Positions 1 to 17,937 of a DNA stretch of 64,000 nucleotides are shown one piece after another. How positions within the stretch are numbered: position 1 is the first letter of the stretch; every line of letters starts with the position of its first letter. This DNA is from Escherichia coli (lineage in GTDB: Bacteria; Pseudomonadota; Gammaproteobacteria; Enterobacterales; Enterobacteriaceae): assembly GCF_030013205.1 (NCBI RefSeq), contig NZ_CP122648.1, one strand, 5' to 3'. The notes under the pieces were generated by a model. It searched no databases, had not been told where the DNA came from, and saw only the letters and a list, made by a program, of their open reading frames with translations. Position numbers and translations under genes: made by a program.

Positions 1-236
1 GCGCCTTCGCGCGCCATACTCTCGGCCAGAATGCCGCCGCCACAACCGACATCGAGTACCTTTTTGCCAAATAAACCGCCAGCACGCTCGGCAATATAGC
101 CCAGACGCAGCGGGTTAATGCGGTGCAGCGGTTTGAACTCACCTTCAAGATCCCACCAGCGGGAGGCGACAGCTTCAAATTTAGCGATCTCTTCGTGGTC
201 TACGTTATGGTTTACCGGCGATTTTTCGGCATTCAT
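1..236 (-). CDS. ubiG: ubiquinone biosynthesis O-methyltransferase UbiG, N-terminal part (gene continues past left edge)
   Basis: Minus strand from ATG at 236..234 translates [73 protein letters not shown], recognisable UbiG N-terminus with the SAM-binding GCGGG motif; divergent from gyrA as in E. coli. Confidence 0.85.
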   Translation of the reverse strand, partial: MNAEKSPVNHNVDHEEIAKFEAVASRWWDLEGEFKPLHRINPLRLGYIAERAGGLFGKKVLDVGCGGGILAESMAREG

Positions 237-382
237 TGGCACTTCTACTCCGTAATTGGCAAGACAAACGAGTATATCAGGCATTGGATGTGAATAAAGC
301 GTATAGGTTTACCTCAAACTGCGCGGCTGTGTTATAATTTGCGACCTTTGAATCCGGGATACAGTAGAGGGATAGCGGTTAG

Positions 383-3010
383 ATGAGCGACCTTGCGAGA
401 GAAATTACACCGGTCAACATTGAGGAAGAGCTGAAGAGCTCCTATCTGGATTATGCGATGTCGGTCATTGTTGGCCGTGCGCTGCCAGATGTCCGAGATG
501 GCCTGAAGCCGGTACACCGTCGCGTACTTTACGCCATGAACGTACTAGGCAATGACTGGAACAAAGCCTATAAAAAATCTGCCCGTGTCGTTGGTGACGT
601 AATCGGTAAATACCATCCCCATGGTGACTCGGCGGTTTATGATACGATCGTCCGTATGGCGCAGCCATTCTCGCTGCGTTACATGCTGGTAGACGGTCAG
701 GGTAACTTCGGTTCCATCGACGGCGACTCTGCGGCGGCAATGCGTTATACGGAAATCCGTCTGGCGAAAATTGCCCATGAACTGATGGCCGATCTCGAAA
801 AAGAGACGGTCGATTTCGTTGATAACTATGACGGCACGGAAAAAATTCCCGACGTCATGCCAACCAAAATTCCTAACCTGCTGGTGAACGGTTCTTCCGG
901 TATCGCCGTAGGTATGGCAACCAACATCCCGCCGCACAACCTGACGGAAGTCATCAACGGTTGTCTGGCGTATATCGATGATGAAGACATCAGCATTGAA
1001 GGGCTGATGGAACACATCCCGGGGCCGGACTTCCCGACGGCGGCAATCATTAACGGTCGTCGCGGTATTGAAGAAGCTTACCGTACCGGTCGTGGCAAGG
1101 TATATATCCGCGCCCGTGCCGAAGTGGAAGTTGACGCCAAAACCGGACGTGAAACCATTATCGTCCACGAAATTCCGTATCAGGTAAACAAAGCGCGCCT
1201 GATCGAGAAGATTGCGGAACTGGTAAAAGAAAAACGCGTGGAAGGCATCAGCGCGCTGCGTGACGAGTCTGACAAAGACGGTATGCGCATCGTGATTGAA
1301 GTTAAACGCGATGCGGTCGGTGAAGTTGTGCTTAACAACCTCTACTCCCAGACCCAGTTGCAGGTTTCTTTCGGTATCAACATGGTGGCATTGCATCATG
1401 GTCAGCCGAAGATCATGAACCTGAAAGACATCATCGCGGCGTTTGTTCGTCACCGCCGCGAAGTGGTGACTCGTCGTACTATTTTCGAACTGCGTAAAGC
1501 TCGCGATCGTGCTCATATCCTTGAAGCATTAGCCGTGGCACTGGCGAACATCGACCCGATCATCGAACTGATCCGTCATGCGCCGACGCCTGCAGAAGCG
1601 AAAACTGCGCTGGTTGCTAATCCGTGGCAGCTGGGCAACGTTGCCGCGATGCTCGAACGAGCGGGCGATGATGCTGCGCGTCCGGAATGGCTGGAGCCAG
1701 AGTTCGGCGTGCGTGATGGTCTGTACTACCTGACCGAACAGCAAGCTCAGGCGATTCTGGATCTGCGTTTGCAGAAACTGACCGGCCTTGAGCATGAAAA
1801 ACTGCTCGACGAATACAAAGAGCTGCTGGATCAGATCGCAGAACTGCTGCGTATTCTTGGCAGTGCCGATCGTCTGATGGAAGTGATCCGCGAAGAGCTG
1901 GAACTGGTTCGTGAACAGTTCGGTGACAAACGTCGTACTGAAATTACTGCCAACAGCGCCGACATCAACCTGGAAGATCTGATCACCCAGGAAGATGTGG
2001 TTGTGACGCTCTCTCACCAGGGCTACGTGAAGTATCAGCCGCTTTCTGAATACGAAGCGCAGCGTCGTGGCGGGAAAGGTAAATCTGCCGCACGTATTAA
2101 AGAAGAAGACTTTATTGACCGACTGCTGGTGGCGAACACCCACGACCATATTCTGTGCTTCTCCAGCCGTGGTCGCGTCTATTCGATGAAAGTCTATCAG
2201 TTGCCGGAAGCCACTCGTGGCGCGCGTGGTCGTCCGATCGTCAACCTGCTGCCGCTGGAGCAGGACGAACGTATCACTGCGATCCTGCCGGTGACCGAGT
2301 TTGAAGAAGGCGTGAAAGTCTTCATGGCGACCGCTAACGGTACCGTGAAGAAAACTGTCCTCACCGAATTCAACCGTCTGCGTACCGCCGGTAAAGTGGC
2401 GATCAAACTGGTTGACGGCGATGAGCTGATCGGCGTTGACCTGACCAGCGGCGAAGACGAAGTAATGCTGTTCTCCGCTGAAGGTAAAGTGGTGCGCTTT
2501 AAAGAGTCTTCTGTCCGTGCGATGGGCTGCAACACCACCGGTGTTCGTGGTATTCGTTTAGGCGAAGGCGATAAAGTCGTCTCTCTGATCGTGCCTCGTG
2601 GCGATGGCGCAATCCTCACCGCAACGCAGAACGGTTATGGTAAACGTACCGCAGTGGCGGAATACCCGACTAAGTCGCGTGCGACGAAAGGGGTTATCTC
2701 CATCAAGGTTACCGAACGTAACGGTTTAGTGGTTGGCGCGGTGCAGGTAGATGACTGCGACCAGATCATGATGATCACCGATGCCGGTACGCTGGTACGT
2801 ACTCGCGTTTCGGAAATCAGCATCGTGGGCCGTAACACCCAGGGCGTGATCCTCATCCGTACTGCGGAAGATGAAAACGTAGTGGGTCTGCAACGTGTTG
2901 CTGAACCGGTTGACGAGGAAGATCTGGATACCATCGACGGCAGTGCCGCGGAAGGGGACGATGAAATCGCTCCGGAAGTGGACGTTGACGACGAGCCAGA
3001 AGAAGAATAA
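383..3010 (+). CDS. gyrA: DNA gyrase subunit A
   Basis: 875-aa ORF starting [53 protein letters not shown], active-site region [11 protein letters not shown], acidic C-terminal tail; full-length GyrA. Confidence 0.97.
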
Positions 3011-3029
3011 TTTTACTTCTTCATGCCAA

Positions 3030-3090
3030 AAGGGAGCTATCTCCCTTGTTTGAATTGAAAAGTCCAGGCTGCAAAGTCTGGGCTTTTGTC
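3030..3090 (+). terminator. possible gyrA terminator region (weak hairpins followed by T-rich runs)
   Basis: GGGAGCTATCTCCC then TTGTTT; second short stem CCAG/CTGG followed by GCTTTTGTCG. Stems are short. Confidence 0.3.
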
Positions 3091-3158
3091 GTATTAGGGC
3101 GCGGTAAAGTTTTGCTGTGCTCATAAAAAATGGCTGGCTTTACACAAGGAATGTGGCA

Positions 3159-10005
<6,847 letters not shown>

Positions 10006-11655
10006 GTGAACTGGCGCAGAATCGTCTGGCTATTGGCGTTGGTTACTCTGCCAACGCTTGCGGAGGAGACGCCGTTACAACTGGTGCTGCGCGGTGCGCA
10101 GCACGATCAACTGTATCAGCTGTCGTCATCAGGCGTGACCAAAGCCTCGACATTACCTGACTCGCTCACCACGCCGTTAGGGAGTTTGTGGAAACTGTAT
10201 GTTTACGCCTGGCTGGAGGATACCCATCAACCGGAGCAGCCCTACCAGTGTCGCGGAAACTCCCCGGAAGAGGTTTATTGTTGTCAGGCTGGGGAGAGTA
10301 TAACGCGCGATACCGCGCTGGTACGTTCCTGTGGGCTCTATTTTGCGCCGCAGCGGTTGCATATTGGCGCAGATGTGTGGGGGCAATACTGGCAACAGCG
10401 TCAGGCACCTGCGTGGTTAGCGTCTCTTACTACGCTGAAGCCAGAAACCTCGGTAACAGTTAAATCGCTGCTTGATTCATTAGCGACGTTACCTGCGCAA
10501 AACAAAGCTCAGGAAGTCTTACTGGATGTGGTGCTGGACGAGGCGAAAATCGGTGTCGCATCCATGCTCGGTAGTCGGGTACGGGTGAAAACCTGGAGCT
10601 GGTTTGCCGATGATAAACAGGAAATCCGTCAGGGTGGTTTTGCTGGCTGGTTAACCGATGGTACACCGCTGTGGGTTACTGGCAGTGGCACCAGCAAAAC
10701 GGTACTAACCCGTTATGCGACGGTGCTTAATCGGGTTTTGCCAGTGCCGACGCAGGTTGACAGTGGGCAATGTGTAGAGGTGGAGCTGTTTGCCCGCTAT
10801 CCGCTGAAGAAAATCACAGCGGAAAAGAGTACGACGGCAGTAAAACCCGGCGTACTTAATGGGCGCTATCGTGTGACGTTTACTAATGGTAACCACATTA
10901 CGTTTGTCAGCCACGGTGAGACGACCTTACTGAGCGATAAGGGCAAACTGAAATTGCAGTCGCATCTCGATCGTGAAGAGTACGTTGCCAGAGTTCTGGA
11001 TCGCGAGGCGAAAAGTACGCCCCCTGAGGCAGCGAAAGCCATGACCGTGGCGATTCGCACTTTTTTACAGCAAAACGCCAATCGGGAAGGCGATTGCCTG
11101 ACCATCCCCGACAGCAGCGCCACGCAGCGTGTTTCTGCTTCGCCAGCGACCACGGGGGCGCGAACGATGACCGCCTGGACGCAGGATCTCATCTATGCAG
11201 GCGATCCGGTTCATTATCATGGCAGTCGCGCTACCGAAGGGACACTTTCCTGGGGGCAAGCCACGGCCCAGGCGGGGCAGGGAGAGCGTTACGACCAGAT
11301 ACTCGCGTTTGCTTATCCCGACAACAGCCTTAGCCGCTGGGGAGCGCCACGCTCAAGCTGCCAGTTATTACCCAAAGCGAAAGCCTGGCTGGCGAAAAAA
11401 ATGCCGCAGTGGCGGCGTATATTACAAGGCGAGACGGGGTACAACGAACCAGACGTGTTTGCGGTCTGTCGTTTAGTCTCAGGTTTCCCCTATACCGATC
11501 GGCAGCAGAAACGGCTGTTTATTCGTAACTTCTTTACGCTTCAGGATCGGCTCGATTTAACCCATGAGTATCTGCACCTGGCCTTTGATGGTTATCCCAC
11601 CGGGCTTGATGAGAACTATATCGAAACGCTGACCCGACAATTATTAATGGACTAA
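10006..11655 (+). CDS. yfaQ: DUF2300-family secreted protein YfaQ
   Basis: 549-aa ORF beginning at GTG directly after the yfaS stop, signal peptide WLLALVTLPTLAEE; conserved partner of yfaS. Confidence 0.75.
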   Translation: MNWRRIVWLLALVTLPTLAEETPLQLVLRGAQHDQLYQLSSSGVTKASTLPDSLTTPLGSLWKLYVYAWLEDTHQPEQPYQCRGNSPEEVYCCQAGESITRDTALVRSCGLYFAPQRLHIGADVWGQYWQQRQAPAWLASLTTLKPETSVTVKSLLDSLATLPAQNKAQEVLLDVVLDEAKIGVASMLGSRVRVKTWSWFADDKQEIRQGGFAGWLTDGTPLWVTGSGTSKTVLTRYATVLNRVLPVPTQVDSGQCVEVELFARYPLKKITAEKSTTAVKPGVLNGRYRVTFTNGNHITFVSHGETTLLSDKGKLKLQSHLDREEYVARVLDREAKSTPPEAAKAMTVAIRTFLQQNANREGDCLTIPDSSATQRVSASPATTGARTMTAWTQDLIYAGDPVHYHGSRATEGTLSWGQATAQAGQGERYDQILAFAYPDNSLSRWGAPRSSCQLLPKAKAWLAKKMPQWRRILQGETGYNEPDVFAVCRLVSGFPYTDRQQKRLFIRNFFTLQDRLDLTHEYLHLAFDGYPTGLDENYIETLTRQLLMD

Positions 11656-11659
11656 TGCT

Positions 11660-12436
11660 ATGCGAAAGATTTTTCTTCCGTTGTTACTGGTGGCGCTTTC
11701 GCCTGTCGCTCACAGTGAAGGTGTGCAGGAAGTCGAGATTGATGCACCGCTCTCTGGCTGGCATCCGGCAGAGGGCGAAGATGCCAGTTTTTCACAATCG
11801 ATCAATTACCCGGCGTCGTCCGTCAACATGGCAGATGATCAAAATATCTCAGCGCAGATCCGCGGCAAAATAAAGAATTATGCTGCGGCGGGTAAAGTTC
11901 AGCAGGGCCGGCTGGTGGTCAACGGTGCCAGTATGCCGCAGAGAATTGAATCCGATGGTTCATTTGCACGCCCTTATATTTTCACTGAAGGCAGCAACAG
12001 CGTGCAGGTCATCAGCCCTGATGGGCAAAGCCGACAAAAAATGCAGTTTTACTCAACGCCGGGCGCTGGAGTGATCCGCGCGCGTTTACGGCTGGTTCTC
12101 TCCTGGGATACGGACAATACCGACCTCGATCTTCACGTTGTAACACCCGATGGCGAACACGCCTGGTACGGTAACACCGTGCTGAAAAACAGTGGTGCAC
12201 TGGATATGGATGTCACGACGGGGTACGGACCCGAGATTTTCGCCATGCCAGCGCCGATTCACGGACGTTATCAGGTGTATATCAACTACTATGGCGGACG
12301 CAGCGAAACGGAATTGACGACCGCCCAACTGACGCTGATCACCGATGAAGGATCGGTCAATGAGAAACAGGAAACTTTCATTGTACCGATGCGTAATGCT
12401 GGCGAGTTGACGCTGGTGAAAAGTTTTGACTGGTGA
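11660..12436 (+). CDS. yfaP: DUF2135-family secreted protein YfaP
   Basis: 258-aa ORF with signal peptide MRKIFLPLLLVALSPVAHSE; 4 nt after the yfaQ stop; last gene of the cluster. Confidence 0.75.
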   Translation: MRKIFLPLLLVALSPVAHSEGVQEVEIDAPLSGWHPAEGEDASFSQSINYPASSVNMADDQNISAQIRGKIKNYAAAGKVQQGRLVVNGASMPQRIESDGSFARPYIFTEGSNSVQVISPDGQSRQKMQFYSTPGAGVIRARLRLVLSWDTDNTDLDLHVVTPDGEHAWYGNTVLKNSGALDMDVTTGYGPEIFAMPAPIHGRYQVYINYYGGRSETELTTAQLTLITDEGSVNEKQETFIVPMRNAGELTLVKSFDW

Positions 12437-12473
12437 TTAATGGGGTTACCTTCGCCGTCGATGTTCAAGAAAA

Positions 12474-12505
12474 CGCCCGATAACTTTCGCTATCGGGTGT
12501 TTTTA
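12474..12505. terminator. bidirectional intrinsic terminator between convergent yfaP and atoB
   Basis: Hairpin CGCCCGATA-ACTTTCGC-TATCGGGTG flanked by A-run upstream and T-run downstream. Confidence 0.5.
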
Positions 12506-12509
12506 TTGA

Positions 12510-13694
12510 TTAATTCAACCGTTCAATCACCATCGCAATTCCCTGGCCGCCACCAATGCACAGTGTTGCCAGCCCCAGCGTTTTATCGCGCGCCTGCATG
12601 GCATGTAATAGTGTGACCAGAATACGAGCACCACTGGCACCGATAGGATGCCCGAGCGCGATGGCCCCGCCGTTGACATTCACTTTCTCAGAATCAAAGC
12701 CCAGGGTTTTCCCAACGGCAAGGAACTGTGCAGCAAATGCTTCATTAGCCTCAATGAGATCAATATCCGCCAGTTGCAGCCCCGCCAGTTGTAACGCTTT
12801 TTGTGTGGCAGGTACTGGCCCCATACCCATCAATGCGGGGGGCACGCCACCGCTGGCATAACTTTTAATGCGAGCCAGGGGGGTAAGGCCTGCTGCCAGC
12901 GCCGCAGATTCTTCCATAATCACCAGAGCGGCAGCACCGTCGTTAATACCAGACGCGTTCCCGGCGGTGACTGTTCCTGCTTTATCGAAGGCCGGGCGCA
13001 ATGCGCCTAACGCTTCAGTCGTAGAATCCGCTTTCGGGAATTCGTCTTGACTGAAGACGAAGGTTTTCTTCCGAGTGACAACATTTACCGGGACGATTTC
13101 GGCTGTAAAAGCACCGGACTCAATTGCGGCTGCCGCTTTACGCTGTGAATGTAGCGCCAGTTCATCCTGCATTTCTCGGGTAATTCCGTACTCTTTGGCC
13201 ACGTTCTCGGCGGTAATCCCCATATGATAACCATGGGTGGCGCACATCAGACCATCGCGCAGGATTACGTCATAAACCTGTCCGTCTCCAAGACGATAAC
13301 CAGAGCGTGCTTTTGCATCGAGTAAGTAGGGCGCTAAACTCATATTTTCCATACCCCCCGCCACAATGCTTTGCGCCTGACCTGCCTGAATTGCCTGGGC
13401 GGCAAGCGCCACACTTTTAAGACCCGAACCACACACTTTATTGACCGTGAATCCGCACACCGTTTCTGCCAGCCCGCTTTTTAACAGTGCCTGACGTGCC
13501 GGATTTTGCCCCAACCCGGCTTGCAACACGTTACCCATAATCACTTCATCAATGTGTAGTGAATCGATTTTTGCACGTTCAATGGCGGCTTTAATTACTG
13601 TCGCCCCCAGGTCGATGGCGCTGGTGGAAGCGAGTGAACCGTTAAAACTACCGATAGCAGTACGTACCGCACTGACGATGACACAATTTTTCAT
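12510..13694 (-). CDS. atoB: acetyl-CoA acetyltransferase (thiolase II)
   Basis: 394-aa [26 protein letters not shown], thiolase active-site Cys context ([11 protein letters not shown]) and C-terminal [13 protein letters not shown]. Confidence 0.95.
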   Translation of the reverse strand: MKNCVIVSAVRTAIGSFNGSLASTSAIDLGATVIKAAIERAKIDSLHIDEVIMGNVLQAGLGQNPARQALLKSGLAETVCGFTVNKVCGSGLKSVALAAQAIQAGQAQSIVAGGMENMSLAPYLLDAKARSGYRLGDGQVYDVILRDGLMCATHGYHMGITAENVAKEYGITREMQDELALHSQRKAAAAIESGAFTAEIVPVNVVTRKKTFVFSQDEFPKADSTTEALGALRPAFDKAGTVTAGNASGINDGAAALVIMEESAALAAGLTPLARIKSYASGGVPPALMGMGPVPATQKALQLAGLQLADIDLIEANEAFAAQFLAVGKTLGFDSEKVNVNGGAIALGHPIGASGARILVTLLHAMQARDKTLGLATLCIGGGQGIAMVIERLN

Positions 13695-13724
13695 TTTTTA
13701 TTCCTTCTGTCTGTAGGGTTGCCG

Positions 13725-15047
13725 TCAGAACAGCGTTAAACCAACGACGAAAATGACGCCGGAGAAGAGCAGGGCAGTGATGCAATAGCCCATGATGTCG
13801 CGGACACCGAGTCCGGCGATTGCCAGTGCTGGCAGCGCCCAGAATGGTTGTGCCATGTTCATCCATTGCTCGCCGTAGGCGATCGCCATTACCGATTTAC
13901 CGAGATCAGCGCCCAGCGCCTGGGCTGCGGGTATCACGAAAGGTCCCTGAATAACCCAGTGACCGCCGCCAGACGGAACGGCGAAGTTAATCAGTGCAGA
14001 ACTAAAAAAGGTCATTACCGGGAAGGTGTCTTTGTTCGCAACATTGATGAAGAATTCGGTAATGAGTCCGCCCAGACCGGAGTGCTCCATCATCAGTTGG
14101 ATCCCAGCGTAGAAGGGGAATTGCACCAGAATACCGGCAGTACTGCGTGCTGCCGCGCTGATAGCACGCATATAAGCCATTGGCGTTTTATGTAGCAGCA
14201 GACCCGCAATCATAAACATCAGGTTGACGGTATTGATGGTGATGTTGAAGCCATGTTCGCTGAAGTACATCGCAAGGTAAGCGATACCGAGTGCGCCGAT
14301 GATCAACGTCAGAATGCGGCTTTCTTCCAGTCGCTCGGATGGTGGGGCATCTTTCGGTAGCTGCTTTTGGAAATCAGCCTCTTCCATGAGTAGTTTCGGA
14401 TCGATACTCACCACGTCAGACGGTTTTGGCATCATCATGCGGGTGATAAATGGCATCACCACAATCAACGCCACAGTGATGAAAATGTTAAAACCACTGA
14501 ACAGAGTATCGCCCACCGGGATCAGCCCGGCGATATGCTCAACCGGGTTGCCCGGTGTTGCAGCCAACAGAGGCATTGAGCCAGAGAAACCGCCACCCCA
14601 GGTGAGAAAACCAATGTAGGCGCAGGCAATGAGCAACGGATAATCAGAACCGGGTACTCGGCGGGCGACTTCACGGGCAAACATTGCGCCGACAACCAAA
14701 CCAAATCCCCAGTTGATGACACAAGCGACTGAACCGAAGAAAGTAACCAGCATGACGCCCTGTACGGGCGTCTTTGCGGCGGAGGCGGCAGTACGCAGCA
14801 AACTTTTTACCGGAGCAGAGCTGGCAAGGGCATGACCGGTAACGATGATAAGCGCCATCTGCATACCAAACGCCAGCAAGTTCCAGAAACCGTCACCCCA
14901 CATTTTCACCATGCTGATCGGCGTTTGTGGTGTTAACCAAAGCGCGATCACGAAAGTTAGCAATGTCAGCAACATGGCAAAGATCAGTGGATCGGGAAGC
15001 CACCGGCTGACAAAACGCGTCATAAAACGCGATATGCGACCAATCAT
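13725..15047 (-). CDS. atoE: short-chain fatty acid transporter
   Basis: 440-aa highly hydrophobic multi-pass ORF between atoA and atoB; overlaps the atoA stop. Confidence 0.9.
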   Translation of the reverse strand: MIGRISRFMTRFVSRWLPDPLIFAMLLTLLTFVIALWLTPQTPISMVKMWGDGFWNLLAFGMQMALIIVTGHALASSAPVKSLLRTAASAAKTPVQGVMLVTFFGSVACVINWGFGLVVGAMFAREVARRVPGSDYPLLIACAYIGFLTWGGGFSGSMPLLAATPGNPVEHIAGLIPVGDTLFSGFNIFITVALIVVMPFITRMMMPKPSDVVSIDPKLLMEEADFQKQLPKDAPPSERLEESRILTLIIGALGIAYLAMYFSEHGFNITINTVNLMFMIAGLLLHKTPMAYMRAISAAARSTAGILVQFPFYAGIQLMMEHSGLGGLITEFFINVANKDTFPVMTFFSSALINFAVPSGGGHWVIQGPFVIPAAQALGADLGKSVMAIAYGEQWMNMAQPFWALPALAIAGLGVRDIMGYCITALLFSGVIFVVGLTLF

Positions 15048-15694
15048 AAATCACCCCGTTGCGTATTCAGATCGGCGGCAACTTCAAACCGAGCTTCTGT
15101 TTTGGCACACACGGTGGCTAAATCACACCCGTCGGCAATTTCGGTGAGCCACATTTTGCCGTCAATAAAACGAAAGACAGCCAGTTCAGTAACCAGCATA
15201 TGCACCGCATGTTGCGCAGTGAGTGGCATGGTGCAGCGGCGCAAAATTTTTGCTGAACCATCTTTGGCACAATGTTCCATGGCGATGATCACTTTGCGCG
15301 ACCCGGTCACCAGATCCATCGCGCCACCCATACCGGGCACCATTTTCCCAGGCACTACCCAGTTCGCGAGGTTTGCTTCTTCGTCTACTTGCAAACCGCC
15401 GAGCACGCAGGCATCAATATGACCGCCGCGGATTAGCGCAAATGACATGGCGCTATCAAACATGGCTGCACCGGGTAAAACACCGCACGGTTGTCCGCCA
15501 GCGTTCACCAGATCTGGATGCGCTGTCGTGACCGGGCCTAAACCGAGGAAGCCGTTTTCCGATTGCAGAGTGATATGAATACCCTCCGGTAAATAATTGG
15601 CGACCATTGTGGGTAAACCGATCCCTAAGTTAACGATGTCACCATCACGAAGCTCTTGCGCCACACGGCGCGCAATACGTTGTTTCGCATCCAT
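15044..15694 (-). CDS. atoA: acetate CoA-transferase subunit beta
   Basis: 216-aa [32 protein letters not shown], CoA-transferase family II signature; coupled to atoD. Confidence 0.92.
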   Translation of the reverse strand: MDAKQRIARRVAQELRDGDIVNLGIGLPTMVANYLPEGIHITLQSENGFLGLGPVTTAHPDLVNAGGQPCGVLPGAAMFDSAMSFALIRGGHIDACVLGGLQVDEEANLANWVVPGKMVPGMGGAMDLVTGSRKVIIAMEHCAKDGSAKILRRCTMPLTAQHAVHMLVTELAVFRFIDGKMWLTEIADGCDLATVCAKTEARFEVAADLNTQRGDL

Positions 15695-16356
15695 TATTTG
15701 CTCTCCTGTGAAACGATGATGTGGTCGATAACGGCACCAGGGGTGACAATATGGTCAGGTTGCAGCTCGCCGGTTTCGACCAGTTCATCTGGCTCTACCA
15801 GCGTGATATCAGCCGCAAGGGCTATCAGGGGGTTAAAGTTGCGGGCGCTAAGTTGATAGGTCAGGTTGCCAAGTGTGTCGCAACGATGAGCGCGAATTAG
15901 CGCCAGGTCGGCGCGCAGTGGGCGTTCGAGCAGCCAGGTTTTACCGTCGAGTGTCAGTGTCTGTTTGCCTTCCTCTACGACGGTGCCGACACCCGTTGGG
16001 GTGAGAAAACCACCAAGTCCAGCTCCGCCACAGCGAATTTGCTCGATTAGCGTACCTTGCGGCACCAGAACGACGTCCATCTCACCAGATATCATGCGCC
16101 GACCTGTTTCCGGGTTGGTGCCGATATGTGAAGCAATCACTTTGCGGACTCGACCATTGACGATGAGCGGACCGATGCCGGTATCAACAAACGCGGTATC
16201 ATTGGCTATCAATGTCAGGTCGCGAACACCTGATTCCAGTAATGCTTCAACCAGGCGGGATGGAGTGCCAATCCCCATAAATCCGCCCACCATGATGGTC
16301 ATGCCGTCACGAAAGAAGCCGGTGGCATCTTGTAATGTCATCAATTTTGTTTTCAT
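15694..16356 (-). CDS. atoD: acetate CoA-transferase subunit alpha
   Basis: 220-aa [35 protein letters not shown], CoA-transferase family I. Confidence 0.92.
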   Translation of the reverse strand: MKTKLMTLQDATGFFRDGMTIMVGGFMGIGTPSRLVEALLESGVRDLTLIANDTAFVDTGIGPLIVNGRVRKVIASHIGTNPETGRRMISGEMDVVLVPQGTLIEQIRCGGAGLGGFLTPTGVGTVVEEGKQTLTLDGKTWLLERPLRADLALIRAHRCDTLGNLTYQLSARNFNPLIALAADITLVEPDELVETGELQPDHIVTPGAVIDHIIVSQESK

Positions 16357-16401
16357 TTTTTATCCCTCTTGCATACACCGTTGTGGGTACAGTCAGGGAA
16401 T

Positions 16402-16419
16402 AGCAAGGGGAGTGCCAGA
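16402..16419 (-). promoter_or_regulatory. sigma-54 (-24/-12) promoter of atoDAEB
   Basis: Minus strand reads CTGGCACTCCCCTTGCT: GG and GC separated by 10 nt, matching the TGGCAC-N5-TTGCW sigma-54 consensus, about 45 bp upstream of the atoD start. Confidence 0.55.
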
Positions 16420-16499
16420 ATGAGATTATTGGGTTTTGTTATTTAACTAATTGAATATGAAGGGATAAATTGGATGAGGATTTATAAGGAGAATGAGCG

Positions 16500-16540
16500 G
16501 CTATGCAGAAAATTGCGCACTGTGCAAATTTCTGCATAGC
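16500..16540. promoter_or_regulatory. AtoC enhancer-type binding site (imperfect 20-bp inverted repeat)
   Basis: GCTATGCAGAAAATTGCGCAC/TGTGCAAATTTCTGCATAGC palindrome between atoC and the sigma-54 promoter; matches the recalled AtoC cis element. Confidence 0.5.
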
Positions 16541-16551
16541 AAGTTTTGGCG

Positions 16552-17937
16552 TTATACATCCGCCGGATCGATACCGTATTCCTGGAGTTTATACATCAAT
16601 GCACGGCGACTGATGCCCAGCATTAAAGCAGTGCGGGTTCGGTTTCCTTCTTGTTGTTCCAGCACTTCCATAATGATGCGTTTTTCGACGCGTTTAATTT
16701 CCTCTTTTAAATTACGCTCTCCGACAGGGGATGTTTTTACCTCGCCAGCATTACAGACTGGCTGACGAATCTGCGGCGGAAGATCCTCAGAAAAAATGAT
16801 CGGGCCTGAGTTCATCACGACGGCGCGTTCAATAACGTTGGAAAGCTCTCGAATATTTCCCGGCCATGACCAGGCGGTAAGCAGTGACATTGCCATCGGA
16901 TCGATGTCGATAATATCGCGCTGATTCTCACTACTGAATTTTTGCAAAAAGTGATTAGCTAACAGGGAAATATCTTCCCGGCGATCGCGCAGAGGCGGCA
17001 GTATTAAATGAATAACGTTAAGGCGATAAAAGAGATCTTCACGGAAGGTGCCTTCTTTTACCATTGCCTGCAAGTCACGGTTGGTGGCAGCAATGATGCG
17101 GATATCAACTTTTATGGTCTGATGGCCGCCAATCCGTTCAAATTCCCGTTCCTGCAGAATGCGTAGTAATTTGGCTTGCAGTACGAGCGGCATTTCGCCA
17201 ATTTCGTCGAGGAGCAGAGTACCTTCGTTGGCACGTTCAAATAATCCCTGACGCAAGGTTTGTGCACCAGTAAATGCACCTTTTTCATGACCAAACAGTT
17301 CACTTTCGAGCAACGATTCCGGCAGCGCCGCGCAGTTGACTTTAATGAACGGCCCCTTTGCCCGCCGCGAATTGTAGTGAATCGCTCTGGCAATCAACTC
17401 TTTCCCGGTGCCGCTTTCACCGCTAATCAAGACGCTGGCCTGAGAAAGGGCAATTTTGGCGGTGTCTTTGCAGATGTCCATCATCGCCGGGCTGTTGGTG
17501 AGAATGTGCCCCCATTGCCAGCTAGTGCTCAGTGCCTGGTGCAGATGGCGGATCTCTTTTTTCATTGACTGGAGTTGTAAAGCGCGCTGAACGATTAAAT
17601 TCAACTCATCGAGATCAAACGGTTTGATAACATAGTCGAAGGCCCCGCAGCGTAGCGCTTCGACGGCGGTTTCCACTTCAGCATAGGCCGTCATCAGAAT
17701 AACGGGGGTCCGTGTCTCATGGCTGCGCATCTCCTTGAGTGCCTTGATGCCGTCCATCTCTGGCATGCGGATATCCATCAACACCACGTCAGGGTGAATA
17801 TCAGCAAACAGGTGTAATGCTGTGCGTCCGTTGTTCGCACAATGTGTTTCGAAACCTTGTAGTGCAAAAGCGGTGCTCAGCATACGGCGAACATTATCTT
17901 CATCATCCACAATAAGGATGCGATTAATAGCAGTCAT
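16552..17937 (-). CDS. atoC: sigma-54-dependent response regulator AtoC
   Basis: 461-aa ORF: receiver domain (ILIVDDEDNVRRML), AAA+ sigma-54 activator core (GESGTGKE, GAFTGA), C-terminal HTH. Confidence 0.95.
   Translation of the reverse strand: MTAINRILIVDDEDNVRRMLSTAFALQGFETHCANNGRTALHLFADIHPDVVLMDIRMPEMDGIKALKEMRSHETRTPVILMTAYAEVETAVEALRCGAFDYVIKPFDLDELNLIVQRALQLQSMKKEIRHLHQALSTSWQWGHILTNSPAMMDICKDTAKIALSQASVLISGESGTGKELIARAIHYNSRRAKGPFIKVNCAALPESLLESELFGHEKGAFTGAQTLRQGLFERANEGTLLLDEIGEMPLVLQAKLLRILQEREFERIGGHQTIKVDIRIIAATNRDLQAMVKEGTFREDLFYRLNVIHLILPPLRDRREDISLLANHFLQKFSSENQRDIIDIDPMAMSLLTAWSWPGNIRELSNVIERAVVMNSGPIIFSEDLPPQIRQPVCNAGEVKTSPVGERNLKEEIKRVEKRIIMEVLEQQEGNRTRTALMLGISRRALMYKLQEYGIDPADV

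Noticed and set aside
545-1516. 323-aa minus-strand ORF inside gyrA
   Set aside because: Antisense to a highly conserved essential gene; composition typical of a shadow ORF.
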